Shown: in pieces, positions 1 through 7,916 of the stretch | How the letters are laid out: each line of letters begins with the position of its first letter | Numbering within the stretch: position 1 is the stretch's first letter | Assembly: GCA_963769885.1 (NCBI GenBank) | Contig: CAVYNH010000005.1 | Coordinates: 1 to 64,000 of the forward strand | Reading direction: 5' to 3' | DNA from: Methanobacteriota archaeon | GTDB taxonomy: Archaea > Thermoplasmatota > E2 > DHVEG-1 | DNA: 64,000 nt | The notes under the pieces: model-generated | Told to the model about the DNA's origin: nothing | The model's database searches: none | The model's input: the letters and a program-made list of their open reading frames with translations, nothing else | Position numbers and translations under genes: made by a program

Positions 1-193
1 CATCCACATCTGCTATCACAATGCTCACAGGGAACTCCCCTTCGCGTTCAAGCCTGGCCATTTCTTCTTCGAAGTAAGCACGGGTGTAGAGACCTGTCAA
101 AATATCGTGGGTGCTTAAATATCGAGATGGTTCCTCTGTTTCGATTGGCTTCTTTTGTTTCCAATCCAGTAATCCTTTAAGGCCATTTACCAA
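1..193 (-). CDS. GGDEF (diguanylate cyclase) domain protein, runs off the window edge
   Basis: Manual translation from TTG at 193 (RBS AGGAGGA upstream): MVNGLKGLLDWKQKKPIETEEPSRYLSTHDILTGLYTRAYFEEEMARLEREGEFPVSIVIADVD. HDxLTGLYxR and SIVIADVD are the GGDEF N-terminal signature. Not in the ORF track. Confidence 0.8.
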   Translation of the reverse strand, partial: MVNGLKGLLDWKQKKPIETEEPSRYLSTHDILTGLYTRAYFEEEMARLEREGEFPVSIVIADVD

Positions 194-271
194 TCCTCCT
201 TTAGCTTAATCTTTTATCCTATCTCTTCATCTTTCGCACCTGCCTGCCCTGGCAGGGGTGATGACTCCATC

Positions 272-1756
272 CTAGGAAATCACTTTAACAATCTCCTCCT
301 TCAGTTCGCTGAGCTGGAAGGGTTTTTCGATGAGTGGATTGGTTACCGAGTCAATGAAGGTCCTTGTCTCATCCCCCAGGGTATCACCGGTTAGAAAAAT
401 GATTCGGTCTGTCAACGAGGGACGCTTCTCCTTCACAACGCGGTAAAAGTCACCTCCCCCCATCTCAGGCATTTTGATATCACAGATCACAAAGTCAAAG
501 TCTTTACCTTCGATGATGCTTAAGGCTGTTTTGACCTCGGCAGCCGTTTCCATCTCATACCCCTCTTGATTCAAGTATTTTGAAACCAAGTTGATGATCC
601 TAAGATCATCATCGATCACCAGTCCTTTCAACCTCCCGAAATTTCTCTCAACACATTTCTCCCTGTCCATTTTCTTTTCCCCCTTAATCTCATTGATCGG
701 GAGGGAAATGATAAAGGTTTCCCCTTTCCCCCACTCGCTCTCCACCTTCAAAGTTCCACCGTGCTGAATGATCATATCGTGTGAAATTGAAAGACCCAGT
801 CCAGTCACTTTTCCTTTGGTAGTGAAGAAGGGGTCGAAGACTCTGGGTAGGTTTTCTTCTGTTATTCCAGGTCCATCATCCGAGACAACCACTTCTATCT
901 GCCCATCCATTACATGTGTTCCCACCCTGATTTCACCAAATCCATGACTTTCCGTGATGGCCTCTTCTGCATTATTGATCAGACAGAACAAGACTTGCTG
1001 AATTTGTTTCGGATCAGCCAGGGTTGAGGGAAGAGAGGGAGCCAATTCTTCCACTAATCTAATTCTTTTACAACTTAATCTGAGGGCTTTTCCCTCAAGT
1101 GTCCTCTCAATTAAATCATTCAAGTTCACAACTTCTTTTCGGGGTCTCCATTTTTTCATATGGTTCACAAGATCTTTGAACATTTGAGACACCTGCTCTG
1201 CTTCCTCGATAACCTTCCCCAGATCTTCTTTTGTCTCTTGATCCATCATTTTGATAATTAAAAGCTGGGTATGCCCCATCATCGAGGTAAGAAAGCTGTT
1301 CATTTTTTGTACAAACTCAGAGAGCAAGTCTCTCAAGTTGGATATGTTTTTTTCTTTTTTGATGTTACGGACAGGCTTAAAGAAAAGGTAGTCTTTAATT
1401 GATTTCTGCACCTGTTCCAGTAATTCTTTAAACTCAAAAGGTTTTACCAGGTATGCCACTACTGGCAATTGAACCGATTGGATTGCGGTTTTTAACGAAG
1501 GATGGCCTGTTACCAGAATGACCGGCATGCCTGCTGCTATTTGCGGGAGATCTTGAATGAACTCCAACTCGAAGTTGCCTTCCATTTTGATATCAGCGAT
1601 CAGTAGGTCGTAATCGTTGCTGCGGAGAAGCTCAGCTGCCACAATCGCATCCGGGGCACAACCGCACTCATATCCTTCCCGGCGTAACAGGTCAGCCATT
1701 GAGTTAAGGAAGATCTCCTCATCATCGGCGATCAGGATTCGCCCCAATTTAGTCAT
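272..1756 (-). CDS. Hybrid REC-HisKA(degenerate)-HATPase-REC signalling protein
   Basis: N-terminal receiver (ILIADDE...DLLIADIKM...KPF), HATPase boxes (NNAEEA, DDGPG, FFTTK, GLGL) and C-terminal receiver. The H-box reads FVQKMNSFL and lacks the His. Confidence 0.9.
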   Translation of the reverse strand: MTKLGRILIADDEEIFLNSMADLLRREGYECGCAPDAIVAAELLRSNDYDLLIADIKMEGNFELEFIQDLPQIAAGMPVILVTGHPSLKTAIQSVQLPVVAYLVKPFEFKELLEQVQKSIKDYLFFKPVRNIKKEKNISNLRDLLSEFVQKMNSFLTSMMGHTQLLIIKMMDQETKEDLGKVIEEAEQVSQMFKDLVNHMKKWRPRKEVVNLNDLIERTLEGKALRLSCKRIRLVEELAPSLPSTLADPKQIQQVLFCLINNAEEAITESHGFGEIRVGTHVMDGQIEVVVSDDGPGITEENLPRVFDPFFTTKGKVTGLGLSISHDMIIQHGGTLKVESEWGKGETFIISLPINEIKGEKKMDREKCVERNFGRLKGLVIDDDLRIINLVSKYLNQEGYEMETAAEVKTALSIIEGKDFDFVICDIKMPEMGGGDFYRVVKEKRPSLTDRIIFLTGDTLGDETRTFIDSVTNPLIEKPFQLSELKEEIVKVIS

Positions 1757-2964
1757 ACTCCACCTCCTTCAAGAGATTCATCTACTCTGGGGAGATAAAT
1801 CTCAAACGTGGTTCCTTTTTCTGGTTTACTATAAACCCAGATATTTCCTCTGTTCTGCTTAATAAGCCTATAAACGGTCGAGAGCCCTAACCCTGTTCCT
1901 TTTCCATTCTCCTTTGTTGTAAAGAAGGGTTCAAAGATCCGCTCTTTCACTTCTGGTGTCATCCCATCTCCTGTATCACTCACTGAAAGCATGACATAGG
2001 ACCCTGGTTTTGTGGGGATGTGGATCCGAGCATACTCCTCGTCCAATTCGACATTAGCTGTCTCAATAAAGAGTTTCCCTCCAGAAGGCATCGCATCTCT
2101 GGCATTGACCACTAAGTTGAGGATGACTTGCTCGATATTTTTGGGATCAACTTTGACCTTTCCCAGATCCTCAGCCAATCGCATGACCAGCTTAATGTCT
2201 TCACTGATCACCTGATGAAGCATCTTATCCAGATCCCTCAACAGGGTGTTCAGATCGAGAACTTTCATCTCCATCACCTGATGGCGGCTGAAGTCAAGAA
2301 GTTGACGGACCAGAGCCGTTGCTCGTTCCGTGGCTTTCTGTATCTCTTTGATATTTTCCTGCAAAGGATCATCTTCTTTGAGTGTATGGAAAGAGAGATT
2401 CGTGTAACCTTTGATGATAGAGAGGAGATTACTGAAGTCATGGGCAATATCCCCTGCTATTTGGCCAATTGCCTCCATCCTCTGGGATTGATGAAGCTGC
2501 TCCTGAAGACCAGTCATCTCCATCTCCGCCCGCTTGCGCTCAGTGATGTCTCTCAGCACAGCCATCAAAGCCCTGGGCTTCCCCCCCTTGTCCACAATTA
2601 ATGAAGCGCTCAACTCGACAGGGCATTGGGTGCCATCTTTTTTGAGCGCATTACACTGAAAATTCCTAATGCTTCCGGTTTCTACCGGCTTCAGTACATT
2701 CTCTGCTACCTGTGACCGGTCTTTTGGAGCAATGAATTCCAGAATGCTCCTGCCGATGATATCTCCCGCATTATTATTCTTATACCCAGCTAATGCCATA
2801 CCCTGCTGGTTGATCATTAGGATGTTGGTGTTCAAATCAATGAGCGCAACGGCATCAGGAGAGGTTTCAACCAGGGTGCGAATGATTGTGGAACCGGAGG
2901 TTTTTAGATATTGACTTAGGTCTTTTGCAGTTACAGTATGTTCCATAATCTGAATCTCCTTCAC
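1753..2964 (-). CDS. PAS sensor histidine kinase (CckA-like) with N-terminal HTH_17-like remnant
   Basis: PAS/PAC, H-box IAHDFSNLL, NARDAM, DTGDGM, FFTTK, GTGLGL. Its stop overlaps the next start (ATGA). Confidence 0.9.
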   Translation of the reverse strand: MKEIQIMEHTVTAKDLSQYLKTSGSTIIRTLVETSPDAVALIDLNTNILMINQQGMALAGYKNNNAGDIIGRSILEFIAPKDRSQVAENVLKPVETGSIRNFQCNALKKDGTQCPVELSASLIVDKGGKPRALMAVLRDITERKRAEMEMTGLQEQLHQSQRMEAIGQIAGDIAHDFSNLLSIIKGYTNLSFHTLKEDDPLQENIKEIQKATERATALVRQLLDFSRHQVMEMKVLDLNTLLRDLDKMLHQVISEDIKLVMRLAEDLGKVKVDPKNIEQVILNLVVNARDAMPSGGKLFIETANVELDEEYARIHIPTKPGSYVMLSVSDTGDGMTPEVKERIFEPFFTTKENGKGTGLGLSTVYRLIKQNRGNIWVYSKPEKGTTFEIYLPRVDESLEGGGV

Positions 2965-2984
2965 TCAGGTTTCTCCCTGAGAAT

Positions 2985-3030
2985 AAAAAAGGCATAACCA
3001 AACTCTTTTAAAGAAGTCCGGTTATGCCTT
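2985..3030 (-). terminator. Intrinsic terminator in the 5' leader of the kinase operon
   Basis: Minus strand AAGGCATAACC-N20-GGTTATGCCTT followed by a T tract, about 20 nt upstream of the start at 2964. Confidence 0.75.
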
Positions 3031-3164
3031 CGACTTGTAAACCTTTAAATTTGCCCGTCAAGGCGACTCACAGCCAAGCGGTGAGCCTTTTTAAATCTAT
3101 GGACCTGTCGTCAAATTAAATAACTTTAGATTTCTTCCTCCTTCTTGGTTTTAGGAAATTCCCC

Positions 3165-3180
3165 GCATATTTCGTGCCAG
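3165..3180 (-). promoter_or_regulatory. Sigma-54 (-24/-12) promoter
   Basis: Minus strand CTGGCACGAAATATGC: GG-N10-GC with TGGCACG. Confidence 0.75.
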
Positions 3181-3341
3181 CCAAATCTATGGTTTCAGTT
3201 TTGTGTTAATAAGTTAATAAAACGAACATTTTATACTACTTCTAATTTAAAAAAGCAACAAAAAAATTGATGAGAATAACGACAAAAATTGGCAAAAATT
3301 GTCAAAAATTGGCATTTTCAATATTCCCCTCCAGATCTCCA

Positions 3342-4088
3342 TCACCTAAGATCTTTAACCAACTCTTCCAGATTTCTCCGTAAGATCCCGAGTTCTTTAG
3401 ATTTGAAAGCACTCTTCGTTTTTTCCAATATATCTATTGTCTCCACTAAGGTCTTATTGAGCGTATTCAGCCTGGGGCAATTGAGGAGATGGCATACCTC
3501 CTGCTTGGAACTCCCTATGGAGAAAGATTCTGTGAGATGCTTCAGGTCAGAAAGGGCCCCAGCAATGTTTTGAAACGTGAGGGTAAGGAAAGTATCAATA
3601 GGGGTTGGAGATCCAGATGGAGGCATGATGTTTTGTGCCTCCTCGATTCCCTTTAAACCCTCACTCCAATTCAGCAAACGTTTCCGGTGGTCTCGGATAG
3701 CCTTGAAGAATTGGTAGTTTTTAATCGAAATCTGTACCTGCACCAATAGCTCATCGAACTCAAACGGTTTTATCAGGTAGGCGGCCACTGGCAGTTGAAT
3801 CGATTGGATCGCTGATTTCATCGAAGGATAACCCGTTACCAGAATGACCGGCATGCCTTCTGCTAATTGCGGGAGTTCTCGAATGAGTTCCAAATCGAAG
3901 TTACCTTCCATTTTGATATCAGCAATCAGCAGATCATAATCGTTGGTGTGGAGTAGCTCAGCTGCGACAATAGCGTTGGGGGCACAATCGCACTGGTATC
4001 CTGCCTGGCGTAACAGGTCAGCCATTGAGTTCAGGAAGGTCTCCTCATCATCAGCAATCAGGATCCGCCAAAATCTGTCATGCTTCAC
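3342..4088 (-). CDS. Response regulator (REC plus uncharacterised C-terminal helical domain)
   Basis: Receiver is nearly identical to the N-terminal REC of 272-1756. Likely start is GTG at 4088 after GGGAGAAGAG. The ORF-track extension to 4256 overlaps an out-of-frame HATPase remnant. Confidence 0.8.
   Translation of the reverse strand: MKHDRFWRILIADDEETFLNSMADLLRQAGYQCDCAPNAIVAAELLHTNDYDLLIADIKMEGNFDLELIRELPQLAEGMPVILVTGYPSMKSAIQSIQLPVAAYLIKPFEFDELLVQVQISIKNYQFFKAIRDHRKRLLNWSEGLKGIEEAQNIMPPSGSPTPIDTFLTLTFQNIAGALSDLKHLTESFSIGSSKQEVCHLLNCPRLNTLNKTLVETIDILEKTKSAFKSKELGILRRNLEELVKDLR
3730..4082. repeat. Duplicated receiver-domain DNA (other copy about 1400-1756)
   Basis: Long shared stretches in both copies, e.g. 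ccttccattttgatatcagc, gttaccagaatgaccggcatgcct, ggcgtaacaggtcagccattgagtt. Confidence 0.85.
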
Positions 4089-4200
4089 CTCTTCTCCCAA
4101 CACTTCTAAGGGGGAGAGTAACTCTGAAGATCGTTCCATGCCCAGGCTTACTTTCAAAATCGATATGACCACCCAATTTCTCCACAATGCTTTCCAAGGA
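4079..4200 (-). pseudogene. Remnant 3' end of a histidine kinase (duplicate of about 5318-5410)
   Basis: Translates as [33 protein letters not shown], versus [30 protein letters not shown] at 5320-5410. Confidence 0.75.
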
Positions 4201-4278
4201 ATCCCGTTGCAATTTTTCATTATTGAGATTAAAGTTATCCTCTTTCGTAGTCTCACTCCAGACGTTAAATGTTTTATC

Positions 4279-4464
4279 TCATTCCCTCACTTCTCCCCTT
4301 AAAAATCGATTTAACTCTGATTGGAGAATCCTCCAACCATTTCCTACTTTGATGGCTTTGATTCTTCCCTGGTGGATACATTTCAGGAAGGTGGGTTTGG
4401 AGATTTTCAAATATTTGATCGCTTCATTAGTTGTTAGAACCAAATCTTTTTCCGTTAAATACAT
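4279..4464 (-). CDS. Excisionase-like helix-turn-helix (HTH_17) DNA-binding protein
   Basis: LTTNEAIKYLKISKPTF...GRIKAIKVGNGWRI. ATG at 4464 has a GGAG RBS and lies downstream of a sigma-54 promoter. Confidence 0.85.
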   Translation of the reverse strand: MYLTEKDLVLTTNEAIKYLKISKPTFLKCIHQGRIKAIKVGNGWRILQSELNRFLRGEVRE

Positions 4465-4503
4465 CCAATTGACTCCGTTTTTTTTGGTTTTCACCAATTT
4501 AAC

Positions 4504-4519
4504 AGCAAAACATATGCCG
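4504..4519 (-). promoter_or_regulatory. Sigma-54 (-24/-12) promoter
   Basis: Minus strand CGGCATATGTTTTGCT: GG-N10-GC ending in TTGCT. Confidence 0.65.
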
Positions 4520-4865
4520 AAAATAAAAACATAGGTTTTTATTTTCTAATAATTTAATTTTTAAGTATAAATTTGAATTTCTAATCAGTATTGAAAATGA
4601 AGAAAATGAAGCGTATCTTACGTTTAAGAACAATTTTTGTTCAAAATTGATAAATATTCACATATATTCAATTTGATTTTAAAGCCGATTTTTGATAGAA
4701 ATGACTATCGAGGACCTATGTATGAAACCTATGAAAATATTGGTGGTCGATGATGAAGCCCCCGTTCGAGAGATACTCCAAAGAGGTCTTACTCGGTAAC
4801 GTCAAAAAAGTCATGAAAAACCACTCTGAAGAATACGGAAAGAAAAAGGAAACCCTCCCCCTCGA

Positions 4866-5056
4866 GGGGCTGTGTCACAATGAGGGGAATCCCATTTTTG
4901 TCATTCTGAACCCTTCGCCATGTGTCACCCTGAGCAAAGCGAAGGGTCTCGGTTTTCGGCTCAGGGTAAACTCCGTGAAGAATCTCATAGAATCAATAAG
5001 TTAGAAAACAGAGATTCTTCGGCTAACGCCTCAGAATGACATTGTGACACAGTCTC
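4866..5056. mobile_element. Nested MITE with G(A/G)G(A/G)CTGTGTCA terminal inverted repeats
   Basis: GGGGCTGTGTCACAATG ... CATTGTGACACAGTCTC, inserted in the loop of a CCTCCCCCT/GGGGAGAGGGG palindrome. Confidence 0.75.
4899..5041. repeat. REP-like palindromic element (TGTCATTCTGA...GAAGAATCT...AGATTCTTC...TCAGAATGACA)
   Basis: Nested inverted repeats visible directly, plus an inner GTCACCCTGAGC...GCTCAGGGT unit. Confidence 0.7.
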
Positions 5057-5237
5057 CAAGGGGAGAGGGGGAGGCAACTTTTGACAATACATCTTACTCA
5101 AATGGGAGGGTTCTCTGTCGAAGTTGCCCAAAACGGCCAAGAGGCGATTGAAAAGATCGAAAAGGATGTCTTCGACTTAGTATTAACCGACCTGAGGATC
5201 CGACCCAAATCTGTCATGCTTCAACCCCCCTCCCACT

Positions 5238-5316
5238 GAGACTGTGTCATAATCAACGAAAGGCTATTTCCGTTTCCATCTTAAACTCCTCTCCACCATC
5301 ATTACGACACAGTCTC
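5238..5316. mobile_element. 79-bp MITE with 16-bp TIRs and a 3-bp TSD (ACT)
   Basis: GAGACTGTGTCATAAT ... ATTACGACACAGTCTC flanked by ACT on both sides. Same TIR family as 4866-5056. Confidence 0.8.
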
Positions 5317-5317
5317 A

Positions 5318-7139
5318 CTTCTGAGAGGAAGAATAATCCTAAAGATCGTTCCCTTCCCAGGCTCACTTTCAAAATCGATATGGCCACCCAATTTCTCCAC
5401 AATGTCTTTGGAAATGGAGAGACCGAGTCCCAACCCTTTCTCGGGAACCACCCTTGCTCGTAAAGAAAGGCTCGAAGATACGAGAGTGTACTTCCAATGG
5501 AATCCCAGCCCCTTGATCAGTAATGGAGAGGATTAAAGTCCTTATCTTCAACCTCTGTCGTTATTCTGACTACCCCATCGCGCGGTGAGGCTTCAATAGC
5601 ATTCAGAAGAATATTATATAATACCTGCCTCAGTGAACCCTCAGGCATTTCCATGGTTATGGGTTTGGAATCAATCTCGATGGTGATATTATTTCCCCGC
5701 CAGGCAGCTTCCAGCAGTGCAACCACCTCATAGATGGTCTTATCAACTGGAAACTCTTTTTTTATTTCCTGTTCCGGTCGGTAAACGTCGAACATTTGAC
5801 GCACAATGCGTGCGATCCGATTAATCTCTGTCTCGATGCGGCCGACGTATCCATAGTAAGGATGGTCCTGGGGAATAGCGTCCTTTACCAGCAGGAACGA
5901 GTTTTTAATCCCTGCCAGTGGATTATTGATCTCATGGGCGATCCGGGCAGCCATCAGACCTGCGGCAGCTAATTTTTCAATCTCGGTTCGCTGAAGTTCC
6001 AATTCCCGAATCTTTTGGGTGCGTTCTTCCACTATCTCCTCAAGGCGTTCCTCGTGTTTTTTCAATTCCTCCTCCGCCCGCTTGCGCTCAGTAATTTCTT
6101 TTTGTAAATCTTTATTGATAGCTTCAAGTTGTGCCGTGCGTTCAATAACGCGTCGTTCCAGCTCTTCATTCAGCTTTTTGATCTCATCTTCTGCCCTCCT
6201 ACGCTCGGTGATGTCTCGAACCACACTCACCCAACCGATGCGGCTGTCTTGTTCGTCTCCGAGTGGAGCCACGCTGTGCTCTGTGGGGATGACTGTCCCG
6301 TCCTTCCGCTTCATCCAGAACTCAAACAGATGCAGAAAACCACGCTCGAATATGGTTGAGTAGAGATGTCGCTGGAACTCTTTTAGTGCTGCTTCATCAA
6401 CATGCAAAAAATCCGTCGTCTGGCCTACCATTTCCTGGCGAGTGTAGCCAAAGATCTCCGTGGCGGCTGGGTTGCAATCTAAGATCGTGGGCGGATTGAT
6501 CGCATCCAACAGGAAGATCGCATCCCGTTGGCTAATGAAGGTCTTCTCAAATAACTCCTTGGACTCTTTTAGAGCCTCCTCCGCTCGCTTCCGCTCAGTG
6601 ATGTCGCGAGCGATTCCAAATTCTCCTATCACTTCTCCTTTTTCAATATTCGGGACGCTTTTGAACTCCCCAATGAGATACTCGCCAGACTTCGAGAGAA
6701 TACGTAATTCATAGGAAGGAGGTGTTTCCCCACGCAAAACCTGCTGAAATGTTTCCATAGCGAGAGTCAAATCGTCAGGATGTACAAGGGACTCGAACGG
6801 TTTACCAAGCCATTCAGCCCTTGACCAACCCGTAATCCTTTCAAACGCAGGATTCAGTGATGCAATCATTCCATCTCCAGCGGAAAGACTGTAGATAACT
6901 TCAGGTGCGGTTTCAACGAGACGGCGATACCGTTCCTCGCTCTCTCGCAGTGCCTCCTCTGCTCGCTTGCGGTCCACAGCCAACTGGTGGGCCTCCACGG
7001 CCCGCTGGGCAACCACCGGCAGCCGCTGCAGGTAGCCCTCGCCTTTGACCATGTAGTCATAGGCCCCTCTCTTCATCGCCTCTACCGCCACCCCCTCGTC
7101 CCCACGGCCAGTCACCATCACCACCGAGGGCGGGGCTTC
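5318..7139 (-). pseudogene. REC(partial)-PAS-PAS-coiled coil-HisKA-HATPase sensor kinase, 5'-truncated and doubly frameshifted
   Basis: ORF 5517-7124 has a partial receiver, two PAS/PAC domains and AHEINNPL. The HATPase continues in other frames (TDQGAGIP...FFTSK, then [16 protein letters not shown]) with shifts near 5541 and 5437. Confidence 0.85.
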
Positions 7140-7699
7140 ATGGCATCCCGAAAAAACCCCTCGTGTTGTATGCAGGGAGGATGAACCAGGAGAAAAACGT
7201 GGATGTCCTCATCAAAGCAATACCCACGGTTCTTAAAAGCATCGATGTGCATTTTCTCTTTGTCGGGTCGGGAAGTCTGAAGAACCGGATGATGAGCCTG
7301 ACAAAAACCCTTGGCGTCTCTGGCCATACCACGTTCGTGGATTTCTTGGATTGGCAGGACTATCCCAAAGTGTTCGCGTTACCGGACGTGTTTGTCATGC
7401 CTGGGGAATCAGAACTGCAGAGCATCGTGACGCTCGAGGCGATCGCCTCCGGCGTCCCAGCCGTGGTGTCGAACAAAGGAGCGGTCCGAGAACTCGTCTC
7501 AAACGAAAATGGTCTGGTGTTCGAGCCGCAGGACAGTGATCATCTCGCGGCTCAGCTAGTGCGGATATTGAGTGACGATCAGCTCCGGGCATTGATGAAG
7601 CAGCGGTGCGTGCAGCTCAGCCAGTCGCATGCGATGAGTGCGGTCGCGGCGCAGTTCGAAGAGGTGTACGCAAAAGTCACCGGCTCAAAAACGACATGA
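7139..7699 (+). CDS. Glycosyltransferase family 4, C-terminal half (5'-truncated at the junction)
   Basis: HGIPKKPLVLYAGRMNQEKN...DVFVMPGESELQSIVTLEAIASGVP (E-x7-E motif). Confidence 0.85.
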   Translation, partial: HGIPKKPLVLYAGRMNQEKNVDVLIKAIPTVLKSIDVHFLFVGSGSLKNRMMSLTKTLGVSGHTTFVDFLDWQDYPKVFALPDVFVMPGESELQSIVTLEAIASGVPAVVSNKGAVRELVSNENGLVFEPQDSDHLAAQLVRILSDDQLRALMKQRCVQLSQSHAMSAVAAQFEEVYAKVTGSKTT

Positions 7700-7916
7700 G
7701 ATATTCTCTGAATGGAAGAGCGTCGTAGTGGACGAGCCGGTAGATTCCTGGCGTCTCGTTAGAGAAGACGGGCTGAAGCAACCCCTGCTGGGGTAACTTC
7801 GCAATCTCCTGGGTTAATTCTGAAAACGGCAGGGCGGAGACGGTCCAGAATCGGGCGTTAGGAGGTGCCGCGCCGAGTATATGGTGTTAATCACATCGCT
7901 CATGGGATTAGGGTCC

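Larger units (their letters stand above)
4795..5091. mobile_element. 297-bp non-autonomous insertion (MITE) with an 8-bp target-site duplication
   Basis: TCTTACTC duplicated at 4787-4794 and 5092-5099. Imperfect terminal IRs GGTAACGTCAAAA / TTTTGACAATACA. Removing it restores the REC reading frame. Confidence 0.85.
4722..5200 (+). pseudogene. Receiver-domain gene interrupted by a MITE and truncated
   Basis: MKPMKILVVDDEAPVREILQRGLT (4722-4793) resumes in register after the insertion as QMGGFSVEVAQNGQEAIEKIEKDVFDLVLTDLRI (to about 5200). Confidence 0.85.

Noticed and set aside
3030-3110. c-di-GMP-I (GEMM) riboswitch upstream of the GGDEF-containing operon
   Set aside because: The GEMM core (GGCAAAC...GAAA...GACGCAAAG) is absent. 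Kept only as an unassigned attenuator candidate.
4200-4281. Selenocysteine or readthrough at the HTH gene TGA into an in-frame HATPase tail
   Set aside because: No Cys-equivalent context or SECIS-like hairpin is evident. A fusion or deletion remnant is simpler.
4750-5004. 84-aa ORF inside the insertion
   Set aside because: It crosses palindromic repeat elements and has no transposase features.
7814-7903. Short ORF MSDVINTIYSAR resembling a nitroreductase N-terminus
   Set aside because: Only about 10 residues of resemblance, too little to support.
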